From Desulfurococcales archaeon (GTDB taxonomy: Archaea > Thermoproteota > Thermoprotei_A > Sulfolobales > NBVN01), in assembly GCA_015521295.1 (NCBI GenBank), contig WAOL01000079.1, positions 1-52,074 of the forward strand: DNA of 52,074 nt. The letters run 5' to 3'. The translations under genes and the position numbers were made by a program. This document shows, one piece after another, positions 30,537 to 40,578 of the stretch. The first letter of the stretch is position 1, and every line of letters begins with the position of its first letter. The notes under the pieces are model-generated. The model ran no database searches, was not told the origin of the DNA, and saw nothing but the letters and a program-made list of their open reading frames with translations.

Positions 30537-30874
30537 GGTTTAGTTAGCGATTTAGCGATTTCAGCAAAGAGCTAGCGCGTATAGAAGGTCGGAGATATGC
30601 TTCGTATTTTATCACTACCGCAGTATCGTAAGTACTTATTAGGCCACCCTCTCCTATCTTATAGGACTATTATTGAATGATCCACAATGAGTAAATTCCA
30701 TGCCAGCATTTACCGATTTCAGAACCTTCATCAACAATGTTCACCTTTACACTTGCTTCTCTTAAAATCGTCGCCAGTAAGTACTGAGGGTATGTTATCG
30801 GGCATACCTCTACAGGCTTAGACGCCTAATGCATTATGTTGTGGATAAATTGATGGAAAAGATCAAAGACGGTG

Positions 30875-30951
30875 TGGTGGACCGGCCGGGATTTGAACCC
30901 GGGGCCTCTCGGATGCCAACCGAGCGCTCTTCCAGGCTGAGCTACCGGCCC
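30875..30951 (-). tRNA. tRNA-Ala(GGC), intronless, CCA encoded
   Basis: GGGCCGGTAGCTCAGCCTGGAAGAGCGCTCGGTTGGCATCCGAGAGGCCCCGGGTTCAAATCCCGGCCGGTCCACCA; G3-U70 pair; TTATAAA about 25 nt upstream. Confidence 0.97.
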
Positions 30952-30980
30952 ATTAGCACTTGTTTGTCGGTGGTTTATAA

Positions 30981-31499
30981 CTATTTCTTGGCTCTCCGTA
31001 AATACTCTAAGCAGAGTTCCCATATGTCGTCTCCGGCGTAGTGAAGGTTCTTGATGGCCCTTCCCCTCCTTACCTCCATTATTTCCTTGGAGTTCATGAG
31101 AGCTTCGCCAACAACTAACGGTGCTTTCTTGCTGGGGTTCCATACGGCAACTACTTCACCCTTGCTGAAGTCGCTTACCTCAGTTATGCCTGGGGCCATT
31201 ACGTTTGCTCCGTTCAGAAGGTGTTTTACTGCTCCCTCATCGACTACGGCGTAGTGCATTGAATTAACCCCCGCGATCTTAACTAGGACTAGGGTAGGGT
31301 AAGTAGCGTCTTCGTCGCCATACCTGAAGAGCGCCGGGATGTTGTTAAGCACTATGACCTCGAAGTCATCACCCTCAAGCCTGAATCCTTCCTTCCCCTC
31401 ACCTAAGTGCTTGCAGAGCCCGGGGTACTTCTCACAGGCTTTACCCCGAATCCGCACTACGTCCTTCCTCCTCAGCGGAAGCATTCTCACGAACATCAC
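30981..31499 (-). CDS. PUA-domain RNA-binding protein (DUF1947 / MCT-1-like)
   Basis: VVDEGAVKHLLNGANVMAPGI, GRAIKNLHYAGDDIW. Confidence 0.9.
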   Translation of the reverse strand: MMFVRMLPLRRKDVVRIRGKACEKYPGLCKHLGEGKEGFRLEGDDFEVIVLNNIPALFRYGDEDATYPTLVLVKIAGVNSMHYAVVDEGAVKHLLNGANVMAPGITEVSDFSKGEVVAVWNPSKKAPLVVGEALMNSKEIMEVRRGRAIKNLHYAGDDIWELCLEYLRRAKK

Positions 31500-31609
31500 A
31501 CCTCACTATAAACTCAGGTTAACATACTTCAAATACCTACCTTAACCCACCGTACTGAGAAACGTATAGCTTTTAAATCAAGAGTGCCCTAGGTGTTGGG
31601 GATAACTGG

Positions 31610-31828
31610 ATGAGTGACGCAGCACAAAGACTACTCAGTGAGAACCTAGGTAAGATTGTGCTGGTTAAGTTAAGGGGTAATAGATTACTGCGCGGTTCCT
31701 TAAGGAGTTTCGACCAGCACCTAAACATAGTCCTTGAAAATGCCGAGGAGGTCCTTGAGAATGGCACGAGGAGATTAGGCACAGTCATAATAAGAGGGGA
31801 GAACGTAATATTCGTGTCGCCCGCATAG
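31610..31828 (+). CDS. Sm-like protein SmAP
   Basis: LRGSLRSFDQHLNIVL, IIRGENV; upstream of rpl37e. Confidence 0.95.
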   Translation: MSDAAQRLLSENLGKIVLVKLRGNRLLRGSLRSFDQHLNIVLENAEEVLENGTRRLGTVIIRGENVIFVSPA

Positions 31829-31843
31829 GCAAGGTGCTGAAAA

Positions 31844-32029
31844 ATGAAGGGAACACCGTCTATGGGTAAGAGGAGTAAGGGCAAAACCCACATCAGGTGC
31901 AGGCGCTGCGGGAGGCACGCGTACAACGTAGCGAAAGGATACTGCGCAGCCTGCGGCTTCGGCCGCTCCAAGAGAATAAGGAGGTACTCGTGGGCAGCCA
32001 AGAAAGTGAATAGAGTGAGGATAAAGTAA
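31844..32029 (+). CDS. rpl37e: 50S ribosomal protein L37e
   Basis: [25 protein letters not shown]. Confidence 0.97.
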   Translation: MKGTPSMGKRSKGKTHIRCRRCGRHAYNVAKGYCAACGFGRSKRIRRYSWAAKKVNRVRIK

Positions 32030-32109
32030 CGCTTAATTCAAGAATAAACAATAATACCTTAGCTTAACTACACACAGATCAGTCCCTGATATCGGTAGGT
32101 GGTGGGTAG

Positions 32110-32376
32110 GTGGCCTTAAAGAAGGTCGTACTCGATGTTTTGAAACCGCTGAAAGGCCCTTCAATAGTTGAACTTGCTCAATCCCTCTCAGACGTGGATG
32201 GCGTTAAGAGAGTCATGGTCGTGGTAAATGAAATAGACGTGGAGACAGTTACGCTAACAATAACGGTTGAGGGTCCAGACATAGATTTCGACGACCTGAG
32301 ATCATGTGTTGAGAGGCTTGGCGGCGTCATCCACAGTGTGGATCAAGTAATCGCAGAGAACGAGGAGGAGGGATAA
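32110..32376 (+). CDS. DUF211 protein
   Basis: VVLDVLKP, GGVIHSVDQV. Confidence 0.88.
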   Translation: MALKKVVLDVLKPLKGPSIVELAQSLSDVDGVKRVMVVVNEIDVETVTLTITVEGPDIDFDDLRSCVERLGGVIHSVDQVIAENEEEG

Positions 32377-32385
32377 GAGTAAGTA

Positions 32386-33546
32386 ATGAATCTGCTGCAG
32401 TTGGTGCTCTCCCTATTCATCGCTAGGGTACTGGCCCTAGCACTCGATAGGATTAAGGTACCCGGGATAACGGCATACATACTCACAGGTATAGTTCTGG
32501 GACCATCAATGTTTGCAATCATAACGGACGTGAACCCGGATATTGTCGTGAACTTCTCACTAATATTCCTGATATTCTACTCAGGACTAAACGTTGACTT
32601 CAAGGGATTAAGGAGCTACTTGAAGCAGGCGCTCTTCACAACCCTCACTGGCGCAGGCATAACGCTTGCCCTAACCCTCGGGGTGATGCTTTACTTGGGT
32701 TTCTCACCAATAGCGTCCTTGGTCGTCGCGATATCTGTGAGCAACACGGCCACCGAGATAGTCGTGGTGATGCTCGAGCACATCAGAGGAATCAGCGACA
32801 TGTTCAGGAGGGTACTCATAATGGCTTCATTCCTAGATGACCTCATAGCCATAGGCTTCATCGCGGTAATCAAGGGCTCGATACTCGGCAACTACTTGTC
32901 CGTAGGTGTTGAGGTACTTAAATTGACTCTCTTCTTGGGTTTGGTTCTGGGTGTAATGTATGCGTTAGTTAGGAAGTACCCCAAGATTATTTATCCCCTC
33001 ATAGTAAACTGGGACTACCTCCTCCTACTCTCCTCCGCAATGCTCTTCGGGCTAGTATATGTAGCGATGAAGACAGGGATAGGTGAGATCTACGGGGCGT
33101 ATGTCGCCGGCTTATCAATAAGTATGCTTAGGCTCGTTAAGGACCCAACCCTGCTGTATGAGGTGCGTGTCGAGGAACTTGTGAGTAGGATGTCCACAGT
33201 GCTTCAGTTTTTCATAATCCCGATATTCTTCATATATGTTGGTGCGAGGACGGATGCGTCCCTAATGGTGTCCAGCACCACGCTACTGGTACTGACCCTA
33301 GCAATCGTTGGGAAGTTAGTGGGAGCAAGCCTTCCCCTAATCCTAAAAGGTGAGTACGCGGCGGGGTTAAGCATGGGTGTAGCGATGAACGTTAGGGGCT
33401 CCATAGAACCTGCGGTAGTGTTGATAGCGCTTGAGAAGGGATTAATAAGCACTAACATATTCACGGCCGTCGTGTCGGTATCACTCATAACGTCGGCAGC
33501 CGTGCCTTTGGTCTTCAGGGTAATAAGTGAGTATGTTGAGATCTGA
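32386..33546 (+). CDS. Cation:proton antiporter (CPA2-like)
   Basis: About 12 TM helices, GIVLGPS, FLDDL, PIFFIYVG, MNVRG. Confidence 0.88.
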   Translation: MNLLQLVLSLFIARVLALALDRIKVPGITAYILTGIVLGPSMFAIITDVNPDIVVNFSLIFLIFYSGLNVDFKGLRSYLKQALFTTLTGAGITLALTLGVMLYLGFSPIASLVVAISVSNTATEIVVVMLEHIRGISDMFRRVLIMASFLDDLIAIGFIAVIKGSILGNYLSVGVEVLKLTLFLGLVLGVMYALVRKYPKIIYPLIVNWDYLLLLSSAMLFGLVYVAMKTGIGEIYGAYVAGLSISMLRLVKDPTLLYEVRVEELVSRMSTVLQFFIIPIFFIYVGARTDASLMVSSTTLLVLTLAIVGKLVGASLPLILKGEYAAGLSMGVAMNVRGSIEPAVVLIALEKGLISTNIFTAVVSVSLITSAAVPLVFRVISEYVEI

Positions 33547-33593
33547 TGACGTTCATTTAGGTCAGAACTTTTAACAAGGTACCCACATATCCA

Positions 33594-34832
33594 GTGAATC
33601 ATTTGGAGGAGGGAACCGTTTTGTCAGGCGGCGAAGACATAGTGTTCGAGACCCTAGCCAGAATTTCTTCCAGCATATTCATTAATAGGGAGGTACTGAG
33701 GCCGGACTACGTGCCGAACACCCTACCGCACAGGGAGGAGCAGATAAGGAAGCTCACCGAGCACCTGGCCCCTCTACTAAGGAGGGAGCGACCAAGCAAC
33801 ATATTCATCTACGGCTTAACAGGCACGGGTAAGACCGCGGTAACCAAGTACGTACTAAGAAAGGTGGAGGAATTCGGTAGGAGTAAGGGGTTAACGCACT
33901 TCACGTTCTCGTACACGAACTGCAGGCATGACGACACTACCTACAGAGTACTAGCTAACATCGTTGAGTCGCTCGGGCACAGAGTGCCGTTCACGGGTCT
34001 CTCAACGGCTGAAGTATTCAGGAGGTTCAAGAGGGCAGTGGAGGCTTCCGGAAAGATAGTGGTTGCGGTACTTGATGAGATAGACTTCCTAATCAAGAGG
34101 GCAGGAGACGAGTTACTCTACAGGCTCACGAGAATTAATGACGAGCTAAGCAAAGGTAAGGTCAGCGTAATAGGGATAACGAATGACGTCAGGATAATGG
34201 AGAGACTAGACCCTAGGGTCAGGTCAAGCTTAGGAGAGGTCGAAATAGTGTTCCCGCCGTATGACGCCCTCCAATTAACGGACATACTCAAGGAACGTGC
34301 CGCCAAAGCCTTCAGGGAGGGTGTGCTCGAGGAAGGCGTGATAGAGTACTGCGCCTCAATAGCGGCGAAAGAGCACGGCGACGCAAGAAGGGCACTAGAC
34401 TTGCTCAGGGTAGCTGGTGAGATAGCCGAGAGGGCAGGCGATAAACGCGTTACAATAGCTCATGTCCGCATAGCTAGGGAGGAGATAGAGAGGGATATGG
34501 TCGTTGATGTGGTCAGGACCCTGCCGTACCACGGGAAACTAGTGCTCCTCGTCACCGCCCTAGCCGGCGGTCGCTTCGATAGCACCGGAGAACTCTACGC
34601 TAACTACCGCGAGGTCGCCATGAGGCTTGGCATCGAACCCGTCACGCAACGCCGAGTAAGCGACATAGTAAGCGAACTCGACATGCTCGGTATAGTAACG
34701 GCCAAGATAATCAACCGTGGCAGGTACGGTAAAACCAGGCAAATAATCCTAACCGTAGACCCTAACACCATACTCAAGGCGTTCGAAGATGACCCGAGAA
34801 TCGGGTGGTTCATTAAACACGGCCGGGATTGA
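33594..34832 (+). CDS. cdc6: Orc1/Cdc6 replication initiator (start probably TTG 33621)
   Basis: LPHREEQI, GLTGTGKT, VLDEID, HGDARRALDLL, winged helix with ELDMLGI..RGRYGKT. Confidence 0.97.
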   Translation: MNHLEEGTVLSGGEDIVFETLARISSSIFINREVLRPDYVPNTLPHREEQIRKLTEHLAPLLRRERPSNIFIYGLTGTGKTAVTKYVLRKVEEFGRSKGLTHFTFSYTNCRHDDTTYRVLANIVESLGHRVPFTGLSTAEVFRRFKRAVEASGKIVVAVLDEIDFLIKRAGDELLYRLTRINDELSKGKVSVIGITNDVRIMERLDPRVRSSLGEVEIVFPPYDALQLTDILKERAAKAFREGVLEEGVIEYCASIAAKEHGDARRALDLLRVAGEIAERAGDKRVTIAHVRIAREEIERDMVVDVVRTLPYHGKLVLLVTALAGGRFDSTGELYANYREVAMRLGIEPVTQRRVSDIVSELDMLGIVTAKIINRGRYGKTRQIILTVDPNTILKAFEDDPRIGWFIKHGRD

Positions 34833-35433
34833 TGACGGATTCTTCCCAATAGAATGTAAGGAACTCCGATGCCGTACACTCTTAGTTTCGGTCCTCTGCA
34901 CAGACATGCTAATAGCTGACGTTAGGGTTGAGCCAGTAACCGTTGACAGCTTAGACGGTACATGCGTTGCTTTTAAACTAGTCAAGAGCTTGAGTGGGGC
35001 GCCAGAAGTGATATTCACGGATGGCGTGACCATAGCGGGATTTAACGTAGTGGATCCGGAGGAATTATACGCAATGGCCGGCATACCAGTAGTTGCTGTA
35101 TTCAAGCATGAGTTAAACTTAAGGAAGATAAGGGAGGCGCTAGTGAAGCATTTCCCAGACTGGAGTGTTAGGTATGGCGTGATCGAGAAGGTCTATAAGC
35201 ACTCCAAGTATGTGCAGACGCCCTGGAGACCTCTCCGAATATCGGCTTACGGGATACCGCCCTACCGAGCAATGGACTACATAATAAGGCTGCAGAATAT
35301 CTCACCCATACCAGAGCCTTTGCGGCTGGCTGACATCATAGCTTCCGGACTAACGGGAAGTGACGTACTGATGCTGACGATAAACAAGGACGTACTTAGT
35401 AAGTGGAAGTCGAAGCAATTACGCCATGGATGA
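34789..35433 (+). CDS. DUF99 family (endonuclease V-like) protein
   Basis: GIDDG, DGVTIAGFNVVD, PEPLRLA. Confidence 0.87.
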   Translation: MTRESGGSLNTAGIDDGFFPIECKELRCRTLLVSVLCTDMLIADVRVEPVTVDSLDGTCVAFKLVKSLSGAPEVIFTDGVTIAGFNVVDPEELYAMAGIPVVAVFKHELNLRKIREALVKHFPDWSVRYGVIEKVYKHSKYVQTPWRPLRISAYGIPPYRAMDYIIRLQNISPIPEPLRLADIIASGLTGSDVLMLTINKDVLSKWKSKQLRHG

Positions 35434-36753
35434 CCTTATGCTCTCGAGCCTAGCCACCACTATGTCCGTTATCTCGCTAGGTAACGCAGTAACCGTAGGT
35501 ATTCCGTGCCTCAGAAGTAGCCTGATCCCCTCCATCTTACTCTTGAGCGTGCCCAAACTCCGTAACCTATAGACGGCAGCCTCAATACCCTCCAACGTTT
35601 TGGCCTCAAAAGCCTCAACCATAGGAACAATCACCATAACGGTGTTCCCTAAAGCCTTCAGCTTAGAGGCAACCTCAACGATTTCTTTCGCCTCATCAAC
35701 GCCCCCGTAAAGAATAGTGAACATTATTATCACGTTACGCTCCCTAGGTAAGGTAGGCATTAACTTCCTCAGAACTAGGTCCCTTAACCTAATGTCCGGC
35801 GACGCAAGTATTGTGTCCCACGGAAGCCTCGACACGTCATCAATAACCCGCGACAAGGACTTACGGCCACGCACCAGCGCCGGCCTATCAACAAACCTAT
35901 GTATCACCGCTACGGAATCCCCGCGCCTTAACGCGTAAGCAGCTATTGATGCCGCGGCCTTAACGCTGTACTCCAGCGGGGTCCTACCCCACCCACCGGA
36001 TAACATGAAGAGTGAGGTCTCGAGAACCAAGAAAATGTTGAGAGAAACTTCATGCTCGAATTCCTTCACGAAGAGTCTTCTCATACCATGACGCGCGGAC
36101 GCCTTCCATTCTATACGGCGGTACTCGTCACCGGGAACATACTCCCTTATTCCGTAGAACTCAACACCATGTCCTTTCCTCCGTGTCCTAGAGAGCTCAC
36201 CTGGTCTGGACGCATAAGTAACTCCAAGCGCTTTAACCCCCTCCAAGGCAGGCAATACGCGAACTACTTTCTTACCCGTCACGTTAGCCTCAAACTTAAA
36301 CAGCCCTAACGCATCCCTAAGCACTAACTTAACAGGCTCAAACACATGCTCCCCCACCCGCGGTATTAACTCTAGGCTAATCTCCACAGAGGACTTCGGA
36401 GGGACCGTAATTAAAGTCGTTGAACTACCTTTAACCCTCCTGAACACCCTAGGGTACGGAATAAACACCTCAACAAGTTCTAAGGGGATTAATGAATTAT
36501 TCCTTAACACCACCTCAACAGTGGCTGGTTTACCGCCGATTAACGGCTTACTAATAATTCGCTCAACCCTAAGGGATCCGATAACGCCCACTTGCGTGTT
36601 TAACGAGGCTCTCGAAACAACAATGAGTAAAACTAGGAAAACGGCGGTTGCTGCCGGAATGGGGGCCGCACCAGCCGGGGTTATGAATGCGGCCGCAACT
36701 AGGGTTGCGGCGACGACAAGCATCGCTCTGGTTCTGTTGGTTGCTCTAATCAC
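35419..36753 (-). CDS. DUF58 / vWA-like membrane-anchored protein
   Basis: GVEFYGIREYVPGDEYRRIEWKASAR, FVKEFE; N-terminal TM pair. Confidence 0.92.
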   Translation of the reverse strand: MIRATNRTRAMLVVAATLVAAAFITPAGAAPIPAATAVFLVLLIVVSRASLNTQVGVIGSLRVERIISKPLIGGKPATVEVVLRNNSLIPLELVEVFIPYPRVFRRVKGSSTTLITVPPKSSVEISLELIPRVGEHVFEPVKLVLRDALGLFKFEANVTGKKVVRVLPALEGVKALGVTYASRPGELSRTRRKGHGVEFYGIREYVPGDEYRRIEWKASARHGMRRLFVKEFEHEVSLNIFLVLETSLFMLSGGWGRTPLEYSVKAAASIAAYALRRGDSVAVIHRFVDRPALVRGRKSLSRVIDDVSRLPWDTILASPDIRLRDLVLRKLMPTLPRERNVIIMFTILYGGVDEAKEIVEVASKLKALGNTVMVIVPMVEAFEAKTLEGIEAAVYRLRSLGTLKSKMEGIRLLLRHGIPTVTALPSEITDIVVARLESIRSSMA

Positions 36754-36784
36754 GTATCACACCTTGATGGCGGTCTAAGTGATT

Positions 36785-37705
36785 TTATGGGCGCGGGACC
36801 TCGACTGACTTAAGCACCTCATCAACAACTTTTGAGGCTGTCATGCCCTCGAACTCGTACTCAGGTTTGAGTATTATCCTATGTATGAGGGAGGGCTTAG
36901 CCACGGCCTTAACGTCGTCGGGCACGACGTAATTCCGACCCTCCATAACTGCCCAAGCTTTAGCGAGCTTCAGCATCGCTATCCCGCCCCTAGGTGAGGC
37001 ACCTAAACGTACTGCCGGGTGTTCGTGAGTTGCTCGCACTATAGCGACAATGTAGTCGTATATAGCGTCATCAACCCTAACAGCCTTCACCTCCTCCCTA
37101 GCTATGAATATGTCCCGCGCTGAGGCTACTGGGCGCAACTCCTTAAGCGCGGCTTCAATTCTATCTATCTTTTTCAGTATCTCACGCAACCCCGCATCAC
37201 TGGGGTAATCAACCTCTAACTTAACGAGGAACCTGTCTAACTGTGCTTCAGGCAGGGGAAACACGCCCTCCATCTCTATGGGGTTCTGAGTCGCGATAAC
37301 TATGAATGGATCTGGCAGTGGTTTTGTCTCCCCCTCTATGGTTACTTGTTTTTCCTGCATTGCTTCCAGTAGTGCTGACTGTGTTCTTGGTGACGCGCGA
37401 TTTATTTCATCGGCTAGGATAATGTTGGCGAATATGGGTCCCTCGCGAACAACGAAGACGCCGCGAGACGGATCAAAAACACGCGTACCAACAATATCAG
37501 CAGGCAACAAATCAGGAGTAAACTGAATACGCCTAAAAGAAAGCTTAAACAAGCGCGCCACGACCCTAGCGGTTAAGGTCTTAGCTATCCCGGGAACCCC
37601 CTCGAGGAGGATGTGCCCCCCAACGATCATTGAGGCCACGATGAAGCGGATCTCGTTCTCCCTCTCAATAAGTATGTCTGCCGTGCTCGCAAGCACGTTA
37701 CTCAT
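36785..37705 (-). CDS. moxR: MoxR family AAA+ ATPase (start trimmed from the ORF-track 37948; GTG 37738 is an alternative)
   Basis: HILLEGVPGIAKT, RIQFTPDLLPAD, ADEINRA, ATQNPIE, LPEAQLDRF; the extra N-terminus would overlap the divergent gene. Confidence 0.93.
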   Translation of the reverse strand: MSNVLASTADILIERENEIRFIVASMIVGGHILLEGVPGIAKTLTARVVARLFKLSFRRIQFTPDLLPADIVGTRVFDPSRGVFVVREGPIFANIILADEINRASPRTQSALLEAMQEKQVTIEGETKPLPDPFIVIATQNPIEMEGVFPLPEAQLDRFLVKLEVDYPSDAGLREILKKIDRIEAALKELRPVASARDIFIAREEVKAVRVDDAIYDYIVAIVRATHEHPAVRLGASPRGGIAMLKLAKAWAVMEGRNYVVPDDVKAVAKPSLIHRIILKPEYEFEGMTASKVVDEVLKSVEVPRP

Positions 37706-37748
37706 CACTGCTGAAAACCTCGTTACCGTATAAATCACCGAAACGCTA

Positions 37749-39170
37749 TTGAATGTAAGGTATATGAGTTTTAACAACGATGAGTCAACGGAAGCGATGT
37801 TAATGAAGGTGAATGCTGGCGTGACCGTGTTTAAGGGTGTGGCGGCACTGCTGACAGTGTTCATGCTATTCATGATTATACATAACATCGTTACCGTGAA
37901 TGCGCAGGAAGAATCTACTAGCGGAATAATAAGGCATTCGCCCGACATAATAACTAAGATCCTGACATCTAACTTAAGCCTTCAGCAAATAAGCGAATTA
38001 CTCAATTCAACGAATATCGACGCCCTTCTAGGCGATGAGGGATTAAGGAATGGCGTGCTAAACGTAACTAACGTAGTGAATTCTCTCGCGAATAATCCTA
38101 AGGCGGCAGCCCAGCTAACAAGCGATGACGTGGCGAAACTATCGGCCCTAACAACGCAGGGTAACGGGCAGATGCCCTCAGACCTAAGGATAGACCTAAG
38201 CCTGCTCGCAAGCCTCGCGAAGGATCCCGCGTTACGAGAGGTTCTGAAGGAATGGGCACTAACGGGTAACGTAGACCTACAGGAACTTAGGAATAAGGTA
38301 GACATAAGCTCACTCAGCCCGGAGGATCTAGCAATACTTAAGTCAGCACTAGGCTTAGCAGCCAAGTACGGCTTAGTCAACCCAACCGACGTTAAGGAAC
38401 TGGGGTTAAGCAACCTCACCCCAGAGGACTTAAGAGCGATTGCCGACATAGCCCAGAGACTAGCGAACCTAAGCAAAGATCCCCGAACAACGGAGTTGCT
38501 CAAGGAGTTAGCGAAGAGGAGTTCAGAGTTGTCGCTCTCAGGTAACTTAACGCCCAAGTTACTATCGGAGCTAATGTCTGGTTTAGGGAACAACGCGTCC
38601 TTACCATACGTAATTAAATCAATAACTGACGGGCTAAAGGAACTCACCCAAATACCAAAGGCCGGGGCTACCCCCACAATCCCTGAAATACCTAAGCTTA
38701 ACTTACCTAATATACAGCCGCAGGTGCCTAGCCCTCAAGTGAGCATAGCTAACGCATTCTCCTTCTTGAGGATAGTCCTAGCAAGCATTATAGGCATGTT
38801 ACTTCTGTACCTGGCGTCCAAGTTACTTAGAGAGAGGGCACGGTACGTAGTACTTAGCATGCGTAAGGGTAAAGCAATACCCCAAATTAAGGGTGTGGGC
38901 GGGGTTAACGCGTCAGTAATTCGGGCATACTGGGATGCTGTTGCGTTTCTATCCACCTTAGTGCCGCTGAGTCCGTCGGAAACCCATAGGGAGTATCTGC
39001 GTAAGGCAAGAAGCGTGGCCGGCACGGCTTTCGAGCAACTCACTAAAATATATGAGCTCGCCCGATGGTCCGGTCAAAAACTGGATAAGAGGTACGCAGT
39101 TACAGCTTCGAGGCTTGTGGAAGCGGTGAGGTACGCGATTCGCAGAGGTGTAGGAGGGGGTGGTTGTTGA
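37749..39170 (+). CDS. Signal-peptide, helical extracellular protein with TM helix and C-terminal DUF4129 (start probably near 37798)
   Basis: VIRAYW..SETHREYL..FEQLTKIYELARWS. Confidence 0.78.
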   Translation: MNVRYMSFNNDESTEAMLMKVNAGVTVFKGVAALLTVFMLFMIIHNIVTVNAQEESTSGIIRHSPDIITKILTSNLSLQQISELLNSTNIDALLGDEGLRNGVLNVTNVVNSLANNPKAAAQLTSDDVAKLSALTTQGNGQMPSDLRIDLSLLASLAKDPALREVLKEWALTGNVDLQELRNKVDISSLSPEDLAILKSALGLAAKYGLVNPTDVKELGLSNLTPEDLRAIADIAQRLANLSKDPRTTELLKELAKRSSELSLSGNLTPKLLSELMSGLGNNASLPYVIKSITDGLKELTQIPKAGATPTIPEIPKLNLPNIQPQVPSPQVSIANAFSFLRIVLASIIGMLLLYLASKLLRERARYVVLSMRKGKAIPQIKGVGGVNASVIRAYWDAVAFLSTLVPLSPSETHREYLRKARSVAGTAFEQLTKIYELARWSGQKLDKRYAVTASRLVEAVRYAIRRGVGGGGC

Positions 39171-40333
39171 GGTTACGTGGCCCCGAATCAAGACTGGTTA
39201 CGTACTTATCTAGGGCAGGAAGAGTCATAGCTGTAATTCCGGTGACGTGGTTCCTGGTGCAGACGACAACGTCGTCGATTAGGGAGTTGATGGGCTTAGT
39301 GAACGTGGTTGTCGGTTTCCTGCAGATCGTTCAGGCCCTCGTTACGGCGATAATTAGCGTCGTGGGGGTGGTGGGTGCTTTATTCGCCATGATGGGTAAC
39401 CCTGTCGGGTTAGCCATAGCGTACGTCGCGTACGTGATAATGGTCTGTAGTGGCGCGCCTCCATCACTAACGTTAACAGTGTTTGTCGTGTTGGGCTTCA
39501 TAACGTACTTACCGCTTGACGTGATATCTGGGGTGTGGCGCCCAAGTAGAGTGAGGACTGAGGTAAGCGCCCGGGGCGCTCTTTCCTTCCTGGTTTTCGA
39601 GACCGTAAAGGTCGGCTTGCCCGTGATCCTGGCGTGGTTCATCTACGGGTTTTACGTGTCGCTACTTAGGGTAGGTTCCACGCCCTCACCCGGGCTGTCA
39701 ATGCTATGGGATATATTTGCCCACACGTTAGTGGGTAGGCTCTTCGTATTCATCTTCGTAATAGGGCTCGGGACGTACCTTTCGAGTGCAGTGATGGATA
39801 TACTCACAAGCTACGCTGTCCCCAACCCTATCCGGGTAAGGAGTTACGCTGAGGAATGGCTAAGGAGCTTGAAGTCATTTTTAACTGCTGGGGGTTTCCC
39901 ATCAAGGTTCGTCGTTGGTTGGATGGCTTTCATGGGTTCCATACTGTTCTACCCGTTCATCATGATACCTATACGGGAGGCGATAAGCCGGTACTTGGGT
40001 GGCGTGACCACCTCATTGAATGTCCCTGTAGCAATCATTAACGTGGGTGTAGGCATCGCAGTGCTGGTGGTGTCGTATATAGTGATACGTCTCCTGCTAA
40101 CACATATTCTAACCGGGGGTAGGGGATGGGTGTCCTTAGCTGTGATAGCCGCAATAACGCTTGCAATATCGGCGTACTTAGTTGCCTTCAAAGGGGTCTC
40201 TCCACCTTGGGCAGCAGGGACCGCCTCACCGACGAGTATTGATGAGACCGTAATGCAGAGTTATTACTCTTTTTACTCCTCCTTACTAACAGTCTTGAGG
40301 TACGTGCTTTACTTGCTGGGGGTAACACCATGA
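39164..40333 (+). CDS. Polytopic membrane protein, MoxR locus
   Basis: About 9-10 hydrophobic segments; overlaps both neighbours. Confidence 0.75.
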   Translation: MLRLRGPESRLVTYLSRAGRVIAVIPVTWFLVQTTTSSIRELMGLVNVVVGFLQIVQALVTAIISVVGVVGALFAMMGNPVGLAIAYVAYVIMVCSGAPPSLTLTVFVVLGFITYLPLDVISGVWRPSRVRTEVSARGALSFLVFETVKVGLPVILAWFIYGFYVSLLRVGSTPSPGLSMLWDIFAHTLVGRLFVFIFVIGLGTYLSSAVMDILTSYAVPNPIRVRSYAEEWLRSLKSFLTAGGFPSRFVVGWMAFMGSILFYPFIMIPIREAISRYLGGVTTSLNVPVAIINVGVGIAVLVVSYIVIRLLLTHILTGGRGWVSLAVIAAITLAISAYLVAFKGVSPPWAAGTASPTSIDETVMQSYYSFYSSLLTVLRYVLYLLGVTP

Positions 40334-40578
40334 CGGTGCGCGCGCGATACGCGAGGATTAGGGAGTTCATATATCTTGGGTTAGGCATAGCGTTACTGGT
40401 CGTAGCGTACCAGTTCTTCACTATGGCGGTCGCGTACATGGGCAGGGCCTTAGTGGCTACGTCAGCTATGTCCGCGCTCATAGGATTCACATTCATTGTC
40501 GCTGCCTTGCAGCTCTTCAAGTTAAGCGCCTTGGCATGGTCGGTTGAGGAGTTAAGGAAGGAGGAGGGTAAGTCTTAA
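40330..40578 (+). CDS. Small two-TM membrane protein
   Basis: Two hydrophobic helices; ATGA and TAATG coupling to neighbours. Confidence 0.75.
   Translation: MTVRARYARIREFIYLGLGIALLVVAYQFFTMAVAYMGRALVATSAMSALIGFTFIVAALQLFKLSALAWSVEELRKEEGKS

Noticed and set aside
30561-30616. Possible minus-strand C/D sRNA (GTGATAA..CCGA..CTGA)
   Set aside because: Poor C box, no C' box, no terminal stem, no recognisable target
30826-31143. ORFs 30826..31143 (-) and 30829..31041 (+)
   Set aside because: Shadows over tRNA-Ala and the PUA gene
37706-37948. N-terminal extension of MoxR in the ORF track
   Set aside because: Antisense to the DUF4129 gene and outside the MoxR domain
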